From: Zestosphaera tikiterensis
GTDB taxonomy: Archaea; Thermoproteota; Thermoprotei_A; Sulfolobales; NBVN01
Direction: 5' to 3'
Assembly: GCA_003056265.1 (NCBI GenBank)
Contig: NBVN01000004.1
Span: 300,001 to 332,000 of the forward strand
DNA length: 32,000 nt
Shown here: positions 1 to 8,125 of the stretch, in pieces
Numbering within the stretch: position 1 is the first letter of the stretch
Layout: the number at the start of each line of letters is the position of its first letter
Made by a program: the position numbers and the translations under genes
Notes under the pieces: generated by a model
What the model saw: only the letters and a program-made list of their open reading frames with translations
Database searches by the model: none
Told to the model about the DNA's origin: nothing

Positions 1-150
1 GAGATCCCAAGCGCTGCTAACATACCAAGCGGTTGTAGACTCCACCCAAGATGTCCATACGCGATGGATATATGCAGTAAGGAAGAACCGCCTATGGTGG
101 AAGTTGAGAAAGACCACTACGTAAGTTGTTGGTTGCATACGAAGAAGTAA
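1..150 (+). CDS. Oligopeptide/dipeptide ABC transporter ATP-binding protein, C-terminal fragment (5' part outside window)
   Basis: Frame 1 is open from nt 1 to TAA at 148-150. It reads EIPSAANIPSGCRLHPRCPYAMDICSKEEPPMVEVEKDHYVSCWLHTKK. The GC-x-[FL]HPRCP...C...P...H-x-V-x-C pattern is the Cys-rich C-terminal extension of OppD/OppF-type ATPases. It is absent from the ORF track because the start lies outside the window. Confidence 0.7.
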   Translation, partial: EIPSAANIPSGCRLHPRCPYAMDICSKEEPPMVEVEKDHYVSCWLHTKK

Positions 151-302
151 CTCTAAATCATATAGGAAGTTTTCTTCAGTAAGGTATGGAAAGCTCTTAA
201 CCCTGAATCCCTAAATCCTCACATTATTCACGGATATAATCTTAACATCCTTAACTTAATCAACAATAAAAGCTTAACCTACTTTAATTTTTGGGTTTAA
301 AA

Positions 303-1367
303 ATGAGTCGATGTTGCGTTAAGACGGGTGTCGTTGGTTGGGGTGCGTACATCCCCCTCTACCGGTTGAGGTCTAAGGAGATAGCTAGCTTGTGGGGTTT
401 CGACCCAAACGTGGCTGACTCTATATGGATTGAGGAGAAGTCTGTAGCTTCAGTAGATGAAGACGCGATAACTATGGGGTGGTACGCAGCTAAATACGCT
501 TTAGTTAGGGGTGGGGTTAACCCTGAAGACGTAGGTGCTGTTTTCGTAGGTACTGAATCCAAGCCGTATGCGGTTAAACCATCCTCAACAGTTATAGCGG
601 ATGCTTTAGGGATTTCCAGGAAGAAATTAGCTACGGATTTAGAGTTTGCGTGTAGAGCTGCTGCTGAGGGGATTAGGTTAGCAGTAGCTTTAGTTTCAAG
701 CGGTAGTATCAAATACGGTTTATCTATAGGTTCCGATACAGCTCAAGCAAGCCCTGGAGACGTGCTTGAGTTAACGGCTTCTTCAGGTGCTGTTGCGTTT
801 TTAATAGGTCCTGCCGAGGAATCGGTTGCGGTGTTTGAGGGGTTAACGACGTACGTTACTGACACACCGGATTTCTGGAGGAGGGAGGGTTCTAAATACC
901 CATCTCATGGCGAAGGATTTACAGGTGAGCCCGCGTACTTCCATCATATAATCTCTTCAGTGACTATGTTGCTGGAGGAGTTAGGTCTGAAGCCCTCGGA
1001 TTTCGACTACGCAATCTTTCACCAACCCAACGGTAAGTTCCCTCTTCAAGTGGGGAGGGCTTTAGGATTTCCTAAGGAGAAGATCACCCCAGGTTTAGTA
1101 ACGCCGTGGATTGGGAACACCTACAACGCTTCAGCTCTGTTAGGCTTAGCTAAAGTTTTAGAAATCGCTAAGCCGGGTCAGAGGATTTTAGTCGCTCCAT
1201 TCGGGTCTGGAGCCGGTAGCGATGCTATGAGCTTAGTAGTCACCGATAAAGTTTTAGATAGGGTTCATAAAGCACCTACTGTGGAGGAGTTAATTAATAG
1301 GAAGAAATACGTAAGTTATGCTGAATACGCTAAATCAAGAAACTTAATCTTACGGAATGTGGGGTGA
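303..1367 (+). CDS. Hydroxymethylglutaryl-CoA synthase (archaeal type)
   Basis: Motifs VFVGTESKPY (catalytic Glu), DLEFACRAAAEG (nucleophilic Cys), AIFHQPNGKFP (His) and PFGSGAGS. Length of about 350 aa is typical. It is first in an HMGCS/thiolase/DUF35 gene trio. ATG 303 is preferred over the track's TTG 291. Confidence 0.9.
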   Translation: MSRCCVKTGVVGWGAYIPLYRLRSKEIASLWGFDPNVADSIWIEEKSVASVDEDAITMGWYAAKYALVRGGVNPEDVGAVFVGTESKPYAVKPSSTVIADALGISRKKLATDLEFACRAAAEGIRLAVALVSSGSIKYGLSIGSDTAQASPGDVLELTASSGAVAFLIGPAEESVAVFEGLTTYVTDTPDFWRREGSKYPSHGEGFTGEPAYFHHIISSVTMLLEELGLKPSDFDYAIFHQPNGKFPLQVGRALGFPKEKITPGLVTPWIGNTYNASALLGLAKVLEIAKPGQRILVAPFGSGAGSDAMSLVVTDKVLDRVHKAPTVEELINRKKYVSYAEYAKSRNLILRNVG

Positions 1368-1371
1368 TGGA

Positions 1372-2511
1372 ATGTTGAAGGCTTACATAGCATCTGTTGA
1401 GATGCTTAAAATAGATAGACACTACGATAAAAGCTATGTAGACATGGCTTTAGAAGTTATTGACGCTGTGTTAAACGGTGTTGGCTTAACCCCCTCCGAA
1501 CTGGATTACATTATAGTATCTACAGCTTTCAACAGCTTATTAACACATCAGGTAGGGTCTTCCTACATCTTAGCTCAGTACTTAGGCGTTAAAAACGTTA
1601 ACGTAGCGTCTGTAGAGGCTGGTGAGGCTTCAGGCGCTGCCGCGTTAGATTACGCGGCAAGCCTGGTTAAGTCAGGCAAAGCAAGCAAAGTTTTAGTTGT
1701 TGGTTTTGAGAAGATGAGTGAATATCCCTCATGGATTGTAAATAGGGAATATTCGAAAATACTTAACTACATGGTTGAAGGTATTAAAGGTGTTACGCCA
1801 CCCGACTACGCCGCCATAATTATGAAGGAATATATGAGTAAATACAACGTTACGAGGGAAGACGTGTTTAAATGGAGTGTTAAAATGCATGAAAACGCTT
1901 CTAAAAACCCATACGCTCAACTGCCTTTCAAAATATCTAAAGACTCCTACGTAAAATCTTTAGTTATGTCAGACCCTATAACAATGCATGATTCGTTCCC
2001 CGTAGGTGATGGGGCGGCGGCAGCGTTAATTGTAGGGGATGGCTTCACAAACAACGCACCTAAAGAACTTGTTGAGTTAGTTGACGTTGAGTCAAGCGTG
2101 AATCTACCGCTGTATTTAAGGGAGGATCTTACAGTGTTTGAAGCTACGGCTAAATCCTTAAGCAAGTTAACAAGTAAGCATAGGGTAAGCGTAACTAAAG
2201 ACATGGCTTTAAACGTATATGACACGTATAACATCTACGGACTTATAACGTTAGAGTCTTTAGGTGTTGCCGAAAGAGGGAAAGCACATGAAGTCATAGA
2301 TGAGATGCCGTATTTAAACGTAGGTGGTGGTTTAAAAGCTAGAGGCCATCCCGTAGGCGCTACACCCTTATATCAATTAGGTGAGCTCTATAAGTTGATG
2401 ACCGAAGGTTTCGCCGGTATGAAATACGATGGGGAGTACGGCATAATTCATTCCATGTCCGGCCCCGATAATACTTCCTGGCTTGTTTTGCTTAGGAGGT
2501 GTGTGAGATGA
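1372..2511 (+). CDS. Thiolase-fold protein (acetyl-CoA acetyltransferase family) lacking the catalytic cysteine
   Basis: Thiolase-superfamily signatures GFEKMS, NPYAQ, PVGDGAAAALIV and NVGGGLKARGHPVGAT. It sits between HMGCS and DUF35. The nucleophile position reads VEAGEASG (GAG at 1624-1626), and the only Cys is three residues from the C-terminus. Start is ATG 1372 (track: ATG 1357). Confidence 0.85.
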   Translation: MLKAYIASVEMLKIDRHYDKSYVDMALEVIDAVLNGVGLTPSELDYIIVSTAFNSLLTHQVGSSYILAQYLGVKNVNVASVEAGEASGAAALDYAASLVKSGKASKVLVVGFEKMSEYPSWIVNREYSKILNYMVEGIKGVTPPDYAAIIMKEYMSKYNVTREDVFKWSVKMHENASKNPYAQLPFKISKDSYVKSLVMSDPITMHDSFPVGDGAAAALIVGDGFTNNAPKELVELVDVESSVNLPLYLREDLTVFEATAKSLSKLTSKHRVSVTKDMALNVYDTYNIYGLITLESLGVAERGKAHEVIDEMPYLNVGGGLKARGHPVGATPLYQLGELYKLMTEGFAGMKYDGEYGIIHSMSGPDNTSWLVLLRRCVR

Positions 2512-2921
2512 AGCACTCAATCTCTATATTCTGGAGAGATAGGGAAAACCATTACAAGCTGTTAATAACTAAATGCCGGAACTGCGGTAAGTCGTCGTAT
2601 CCGAAACTGAAGAGATGCCCATACTGCGGTTCAACCAATGTCGAGGTGGTTGAGTCTAAAGGGCGTGGTACTTTAGTGAATTACACTATAACGTACTTTA
2701 GAGTGGATGGTAGTGAAGCAATGCTTCCTAAAGTTATTGGCCTTGTAAAGTTAGATGAAGGGGTTAAAGTTCCGGCAGAGATAGTTGATGTACCAGATTT
2801 AAGTAGTTTAAAACCTGGTCTCGAGGTTGAGGCGGTTTTAAGGAAGTATTCAAGTGATGACCCGCATGGTTTAATATATTACGGGCTTAAGTTTATACCG
2901 AGTATAATTAAGAAGCAGTGA
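2508..2921 (+). CDS. DUF35 zinc-ribbon/OB-fold protein (scaffold subunit of the archaeal thiolase/HMGCS complex)
   Basis: CRNCGKSSYPKLKRCPYCGS is a four-Cys zinc ribbon, followed by an OB-fold-like C-terminal half. ATG 2508 overlaps the upstream TGA as ATGA and lies about 8 nt after AGGAGG. The track start is GTG 2499. Confidence 0.85.
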   Translation: MKHSISIFWRDRENHYKLLITKCRNCGKSSYPKLKRCPYCGSTNVEVVESKGRGTLVNYTITYFRVDGSEAMLPKVIGLVKLDEGVKVPAEIVDVPDLSSLKPGLEVEAVLRKYSSDDPHGLIYYGLKFIPSIIKKQ

Positions 2922-2979
2922 TTTTTATACTTGAAAGCAAAAGTTTAAATAGGTTTAAGCCTTTATTATTAGGGATAAA

Positions 2980-4236
2980 ATGGTAGATTTCGTGTCCTTA
3001 CTCTCCAGCAAGTTGGAAGTTTTCAAAGCCTCCGAGATTAGAGAGTTACTTAAGTTAACTGAGGGGAAGAACGTAATAAGCTTGGCTGGAGGCATGCCCG
3101 ACCCGCAGACATTTCCTAAGAAGGAATTAGCTGAGATAGCTAAGGAGGTAATCCTCGAAAGAGGTGAGAACGCTCTTCAATACGCCCCAACAGCTGGCGT
3201 AACTGAGTTTAGGAAGGAGTTAACCAGGTATTTAGAGCGTAAAGGAGTTAAAGTAAATCGTGAGGATAGCATTATAGTAACTACAGGATCGCAGCAAGCG
3301 CTTGACTTAATAAGTAGGGTTTTCATAGATCATAACGACGTGATAATAGTTGAATTACCTACTTATCTAGCGGCTTTAAACGCTTTCAACATCTCAAAAC
3401 CTGAGGTTGTGGGTATACCTATAGATGAGGACGGCATGAAGACAGACCTCCTAGCTAAAGAGCTTAAGAGGATCTACAGCGAAGGTAGGAAGGTTAAGTT
3501 TATATATACGATACCAGTAGCGCATAACCCAGCTGGAGTTACGATGAGTTTAGAAAGGAAGAAGGAACTTCTGGAGCTTGCTTCAAAATACGACATACCG
3601 ATAATTGAGGACGACCCCTACTCGTACTTCGTTTATGAAGATGGTGTCGACACAACACCTCTTAAAACACTGGATAGAGAGGGTAGGGTAGTATACTTAG
3701 GTACCTTTAGTAAGATATTATCGCCTGGTCTTAGGTTGGGTTGGGTTTTAGGCAATAGCTACGTTATTGACTTACTTGAAAGAGCTAAGCAGTCGGCAGA
3801 CCTCCACACGGCCACGTTATCGCAGTATATAGCTATGGAAGCGATACGGAGGGGCGTTGTTGACGCTACAATTGAGAAAGCTAAACAGATATACAGAGTT
3901 AAGAGAGACGTTATAATCGACGCATTAACGGATAACATGCCTGAAAACACTTGGTGGCCTAAGCCTGTGGGAGGGCTCTTCCTGATGGTGTTCTTACCCT
4001 CTCTAGAGATAGACACCAAGAAGATGTTGCCTGAAGCTATAGAGAGAGGCGTGGCTTACGTTCCCGGAGCCTCATTCTTTGCTAACGGAGGCGGTTGGAA
4101 CAGCATGAGGTTAAACTTCAGCTTCCCACCGCCGGAGAAACTCAATGAAGCCATCAAGATATTAGCGGATTTAGTTAAAGAGAAGATTAAAGGACCTACG
4201 GTTAAGATCACTCCGGAAACTTTCTATAGGGTTTAG
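2980..4236 (+). CDS. PLP-dependent class-I aminotransferase (2-aminoadipate/aromatic/kynurenine-type)
   Basis: Motifs HNPAG, EDDPYSYF, GTFSKILSPGLRLGW (Schiff-base Lys) and MRLNFS. 418 aa. Substrate cannot be assigned from sequence alone. Confidence 0.85.
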   Translation: MVDFVSLLSSKLEVFKASEIRELLKLTEGKNVISLAGGMPDPQTFPKKELAEIAKEVILERGENALQYAPTAGVTEFRKELTRYLERKGVKVNREDSIIVTTGSQQALDLISRVFIDHNDVIIVELPTYLAALNAFNISKPEVVGIPIDEDGMKTDLLAKELKRIYSEGRKVKFIYTIPVAHNPAGVTMSLERKKELLELASKYDIPIIEDDPYSYFVYEDGVDTTPLKTLDREGRVVYLGTFSKILSPGLRLGWVLGNSYVIDLLERAKQSADLHTATLSQYIAMEAIRRGVVDATIEKAKQIYRVKRDVIIDALTDNMPENTWWPKPVGGLFLMVFLPSLEIDTKKMLPEAIERGVAYVPGASFFANGGGWNSMRLNFSFPPPEKLNEAIKILADLVKEKIKGPTVKITPETFYRV

Positions 4237-4256
4237 CTTTAACGGTTTAACTTCAA

Positions 4257-5129
4257 CTACTGTTTAACGTTTGAAGCTACGTAAGATACGCGTGGGAAAA
4301 CCTCAACTAAGTTTTTAACTTCGTTGAAATCGTTGGTAAACGCTACGTTGGAGTCGAGTACATATTTAACTATACCGCTTAACGCCTTCCTACCTGAGCC
4401 GTAGTTAAACCTTGAAGGCCTCACTAAAGACACTTTCTTAGGTTGCCCGAAATATCTTAAAGTAATGTGAGGCTGTTTAGGCGTTAAGTAAATAATACCT
4501 GCGTTGGTTAAGTACTTAGTTATTTCGAAACGAGGGTTTTCCGTAACTATTGCTAAGTCGTAACTTCTTAACTCACTTAAGTCTTTCCTTACAGATATCC
4601 CGACCTCATGTAAAGGCTTGAAAACTTCATCGTTACAGAATGCCGTAACGTCTACTAAGGATTTGAGGGAGAGGCTTAACACATATGACGTGAAGTCACA
4701 TCCAACAATAATCGCTGAGTTTAACCTCCGAGCTATCTTAAGCAACTCTTCTACGTAGCTAAACTCTATGTATAGACTAGAGTACTTATCTATCGGCTCC
4801 CCTTTAAGCTCTATTAAACACGTTGATGGAATAACCGAATACTCACTTAATAAACCATCAACGTCTAAACCTAGGAAACCAACTCCACAGAATGGAACTA
4901 CGCCGTAGATCTTACCTACGACAACGTTGGACTCAACACCCGCTTCAACCACCCTAACTACTCCAAAACTTCCTAAAGTTACGTTACGTATCATCACCTC
5001 AGAAAAACCCGTCAACTTGGGTGAGTACGTCATAGCAGTTAAAACCTTACCTAAAACCCACCCCTGAGGTATCGGTGGTATAGGTACCTCCCTAACCTCA
5101 ACCCCTTCATACCACTTAACGCTTTTCAA
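4257..5129 (-). CDS. MDR (zinc alcohol dehydrogenase)-like protein with degenerate Zn and NAD(P) motifs
   Basis: The overall template matches: a GroES-like N-terminal half (VREVPIPP..GWVLGKV.., LGSFGVVRVVEAG, DGLLSEYSVIPSTCLIELKG), then a Rossmann-position segment AIIVGCDFTSYVL. The usual GxCxxD/GHE zinc ligands and GxGxxG are not present. The family call is tentative. Confidence 0.4.
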   Translation of the reverse strand: MKSVKWYEGVEVREVPIPPIPQGWVLGKVLTAMTYSPKLTGFSEVMIRNVTLGSFGVVRVVEAGVESNVVVGKIYGVVPFCGVGFLGLDVDGLLSEYSVIPSTCLIELKGEPIDKYSSLYIEFSYVEELLKIARRLNSAIIVGCDFTSYVLSLSLKSLVDVTAFCNDEVFKPLHEVGISVRKDLSELRSYDLAIVTENPRFEITKYLTNAGIIYLTPKQPHITLRYFGQPKKVSLVRPSRFNYGSGRKALSGIVKYVLDSNVAFTNDFNEVKNLVEVFPRVSYVASNVKQ

Positions 5130-5262
5130 AATCCCCTCGACTATAACTTATCCTAAACTTAAAAACATCAATACATTAAGTCTAGAAGTTTTCATCGATA
5201 CTCAAGAGTTAGCGAAACCCTCAGAGTTTATAAAAATTCCTGACGTTAGATAGGTTTAGGGA

Positions 5263-5679
5263 GTGATGGTGGAGGATCCTGTAATCGTTATCACAAGGTA
5301 TTTAGTACTTAAAAAGTTGGTTAACGACACTACGACCTTACTCGCTATTAAAGACTACTACGTCGATGGATTATCTCCAAGCACTATAGGATATAAATAC
5401 AAAATCTCTAAGTTTAGGGTTAGAGGCTATATTCAACGAATAACGGATAAGACCAGAAATCACTTAATAGCTACTAACATTATCAGGAGGGTCTTTCCAT
5501 CGATAATGAATATAGAGCCTGTCGTAATTAAAGTAAGTAATAAGTACTTATGTCTGTTATGCGATCAAACCTTCAGCACCGAGTTAATGGCTGAAAACCA
5601 CCTTAAGAAGAAACATAAAGACCTCCTTAATAACGTAGTTAATCAAATAGTTCAGTCCATTAGGAAGCAAGTGAGTTAA
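5263..5679 (+). CDS. C2H2 zinc-finger protein with an HTH-like N-terminal region
   Basis: CLLCDQTFSTELMAENHLKKKH fits C-x2-C-x3-F-x8-H-x4-H. An HTH-like stretch is LSPSTIGYKYKISKFRVRGYIQRI. Start is GTG 5263 or the adjacent ATG 5266. Confidence 0.55.
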   Translation: MMVEDPVIVITRYLVLKKLVNDTTTLLAIKDYYVDGLSPSTIGYKYKISKFRVRGYIQRITDKTRNHLIATNIIRRVFPSIMNIEPVVIKVSNKYLCLLCDQTFSTELMAENHLKKKHKDLLNNVVNQIVQSIRKQVS

Positions 5680-6376
5680 CGCTTGAGTTGATTTCCTGCA
5701 ACATATACGCTTTAAGCATCCCTATAACGTTTACATCCTCGGTTACGTTTATCTTCTCATTGTTTATGTAGATATCAACACCGCTTACCTCTCCGAACCT
5801 CCGCTTTAAAACTATCTTAATATTCACGTTTCGTAAAGCCTCCCTTAAATCTGAAGCCTTTAAAACATCGTTTAGTAACGCATCACTTAACAACCCTAGA
5901 GCTTTAGTCTTAACTATGTCACTACAGCTAGCTACGGTCAAACCTACCTTAACGTAAGCTTTAATGAATTCCCTCCCCTTATCTAAAGGTGTGTTGGCCA
6001 GCGTTACCAGATCCTCGCAACTTAAAGTTTTAAGTAGCTCTTCATAGACTTGAGAACTTAAAACCCCACGATCTTGCTTTAGTAGATACTCTGTAAGCTT
6101 AACGATGTCCACGTAACCCTTTAAAAGCGTTAAAACCTCAATCCACTCCTTAAAACATTCAACCTCGCAAGACCTAATCACGGCGTTTGCCAGAACCTCA
6201 TAACCTAAATCGCCGTTATCCAACAACGAACCTATTAAAACCAACAGCTTAAAAGGCTTTCTAAACCTTCTGAAATCCTCCAACGCCTTATAAAACACAT
6301 CAAAAACATTGCCACTATCAATTAGAGTTCGAACCTCACTACCACGCTTAAGCAACTTACCATCGCTAAATATCAC
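5660..6376 (-). CDS. Hypothetical protein (238 aa)
   Basis: Long ORF with a GTG start at 6376 and a TATA-like CTTTTAAAG about 30-38 nt upstream on the minus strand. No family motif recognised. Its 3' end overlaps the convergent zinc-finger ORF by 20 nt. Confidence 0.5.
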   Translation of the reverse strand: MIFSDGKLLKRGSEVRTLIDSGNVFDVFYKALEDFRRFRKPFKLLVLIGSLLDNGDLGYEVLANAVIRSCEVECFKEWIEVLTLLKGYVDIVKLTEYLLKQDRGVLSSQVYEELLKTLSCEDLVTLANTPLDKGREFIKAYVKVGLTVASCSDIVKTKALGLLSDALLNDVLKASDLREALRNVNIKIVLKRRFGEVSGVDIYINNEKINVTEDVNVIGMLKAYMLQEINSSVNSLAS

Positions 6377-6537
6377 TAACCCCTAATTAAGTCTTGACTC
6401 AAGGAAGCTTTAAAAGCGATTGCCCAAAGTTGAGGATGCTCCGCTAATCACTACATTCATCAGCTTAAATTTTACATAACCAGTAGCTTTAGCTTAAATT
6501 ATTTAGGGGTTAATGCCAGTATATAACCTATTCACTC

Positions 6538-6702
6538 TTAGATTTTATATCCTAACTTCCTTAGCTTATACATAATCGCTTCTCGAACAAATTCACTTCT
6601 ATTCCTGGAATACCCCTCCTCCACGAAGAAGTCTATTTGATCGAGCACATCCTCAGAAAGTTTAAAAGAGATAACTTTATCTGAAGCCACCCGATTCCCC
6701 AT
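6538..6702 (-). CDS. Ribbon-helix-helix (CopG/NikR-N-like) DNA-binding protein, 54 aa
   Basis: Not in the ORF track because it is too short. The minus-strand ORF reads MGNRVASDKVISFKLSEDVLDQIDFFVEEGYSRNRSEFVREAIMYKLRKLGYKI. It shows the beta-strand (VISFKL) plus G-Y-x-x-RSEFVREAI signature of RHH proteins. An alternative GTG start lies at 6690. Confidence 0.7.
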   Translation of the reverse strand: MGNRVASDKVISFKLSEDVLDQIDFFVEEGYSRNRSEFVREAIMYKLRKLGYKI

Positions 6703-6864
6703 GTGTTCTAGGTAATACTTATATTTAAGCTTTAGTAGTTAATATGCCTTATGTAATATTAATCAGTTATTTTTATAAGCTTTTTTAATCTCTCCATTCC
6801 CTAAATAGGAATTTTTAAACATAAATTTATTTGACACGTATAAGATAATGGCAGGCGTTGCTCG

Positions 6865-7170
6865 ATGAGTCTGTTTTGGGAGCCTAAGTGGGTTAGGATG
6901 AAGTTAACGGTGGATGACTTTATCATAGAGACGTGCGTGGATAAAACCACAAATTTAATAGCGTGTCCGTTATGTGTTGATATAGACCTCTTATGTCCTG
7001 AAGAGGGGGCCTCAACCACTACTGAAGTAAAGGGTTCGCTTTTCTTTACAGCTGTAGACCTAGTAAACCATATGAGGACGCATGCCTCCAAGATTTCCGA
7101 TAAGAAGATAAAAGTTTCTGAAGAGGAAGAAGAGGAGGAAGGTGAGGTACCTGAGGCTGAGGAAGGTTAA
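6865..7170 (+). CDS. Small zinc-finger-like protein with a poly-Glu C-terminal tail
   Basis: CPLC is followed, after 29 residues, by SLFFTAVDLVNHMRTH (Cys pair plus H-x3-H). Acidic tail [17 protein letters not shown]. An A/T-rich TATA-like tract lies at about 6823-6843. An alternative ATG lies at 6898. Confidence 0.5.
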   Translation: MSLFWEPKWVRMKLTVDDFIIETCVDKTTNLIACPLCVDIDLLCPEEGASTTTEVKGSLFFTAVDLVNHMRTHASKISDKKIKVSEEEEEEEGEVPEAEEG

Positions 7171-8125
7171 AACCGTCTACTTAGGTGAGTCTTTAACAAC
7201 GGTTCTCTCAAAGCCTAAAGATGAAGACCTGATAATGTCGTACACAGGAAGTGAAAGTACCCTCTCTGGATGGGTTTTAAGAGATTTAACAATAGATAAA
7301 GCACCGATTTTCGTTGAGAATCCGAAGTGTGTTGAATCGCTAGGGGGACATCCTGTAGAGTTAGACTATCACGTTGAAGTTCTAGGCACTGAAGAAGACT
7401 TAAGCAGGAAGTTTAATGGTGTGGAAAACCTTCGAATGTTTTGGCTACATAGATTCAAATCTAAAGCTTATATACCGCATGAGGGTTGGTCAACAGTATT
7501 TAAAGTTATGAAGTCTAAAATCAAGACTAGTAGGCTTTATACAAGCTTAAGTGAGGTTTCAGTAAGTGATAAAACCGTTAAGTTGGAAGGAGGTGTCTTC
7601 ATAAGCTACGAGAAACTCATTAATACAATACCGCAGAAACTGTTCTTAAGTATAGTTAAAAGTGATGACTTACCTAAAACCCCCTTAAACGATTACGTCC
7701 ACATACCGCTCCACATAACTGCAGTCGTAACTAAAAACACTTCATCTGTTAGGGAGGGTCTTGTTAAAGTATATTCGCTAGGTAAGAAGAGATATATACC
7801 CTCACATGTAGTCCTCTATAAAACATTCGATGTTGAATATACGTTAAATTACGTGATAACTCCATTAACGAGTGAAAGCATTAAAAGCGAGCTTTTATCT
7901 CAAGCGATTTCAACGCTTAAGAAGCTAGGCGTAGAAGTTAAACCTATATACGCTATACGTACTTACTTCGAACCTTATGGGGTTTTAGCGGGTAAACCTG
8001 AAAACGTTGTAAAATCGTTGGAGAAATACGATATAGAGTTCCGCGGCCGTTACGGTATGTGGTCTGAGTTGAGTATATGTGATATCTTAAGAGGTTTTGG
8101 ACTCACCACTACCGAGCTTACGTGA
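7142..8125 (+). CDS. Hypothetical protein, possibly a degenerate FAD/NAD(P)-binding (amine-oxidase/UGM-like) fold
   Basis: 327-aa ORF. The N-terminus [14 protein letters not shown] occupies the position of a beta1-GxGxxG-helix dinucleotide motif, but the glycines are lost. The C-terminal [17 protein letters not shown] resembles the GR-x-G-x-W-x-Y...D motif at the end of UDP-galactopyranose-mutase/amine-oxidase-type flavoproteins. Start is GTG 7142 or ATG 7235. Confidence 0.45.
   Translation: MRYLRLRKVKTVYLGESLTTVLSKPKDEDLIMSYTGSESTLSGWVLRDLTIDKAPIFVENPKCVESLGGHPVELDYHVEVLGTEEDLSRKFNGVENLRMFWLHRFKSKAYIPHEGWSTVFKVMKSKIKTSRLYTSLSEVSVSDKTVKLEGGVFISYEKLINTIPQKLFLSIVKSDDLPKTPLNDYVHIPLHITAVVTKNTSSVREGLVKVYSLGKKRYIPSHVVLYKTFDVEYTLNYVITPLTSESIKSELLSQAISTLKKLGVEVKPIYAIRTYFEPYGVLAGKPENVVKSLEKYDIEFRGRYGMWSELSICDILRGFGLTTTELT

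Noticed and set aside
6378-6512. A 10-bp inverted repeat, TAACCCCTAA (6378-6387) and TTAGGGGTTA (6503-6512), flanking the intergenic region. AGCTTAAATT is also duplicated at about 6461 and 6491.
   Set aside because: A few 10-mer matches at this spacing are expected by chance in 32 kb of AT-biased sequence. No transposase or target-site duplication accompanies them.
6801-7091. A 96-aa minus-strand ORF overlapping the 6865-7170 zinc-finger ORF.
   Set aside because: The plus-strand frame has the Cys-pair/His-pair motif, an acidic tail and a suitably placed A/T-rich promoter tract. The minus frame has no motif. The choice between them is not certain.
7112-7170. A purine-rich GAR tract that encodes the poly-Glu tail in one frame and a basic KRKKRRK stretch in the next frame. 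I wondered whether 6865-7170 and 7142-8125 are one gene joined by a frameshift.
   Set aside because: No slippery heptamer or stimulatory structure is recognisable. The frame-2 reading is closed by TAA at 7109-7111. Each ORF has its own plausible start. Complementary-charge frames are an expected property of GAR repeats.
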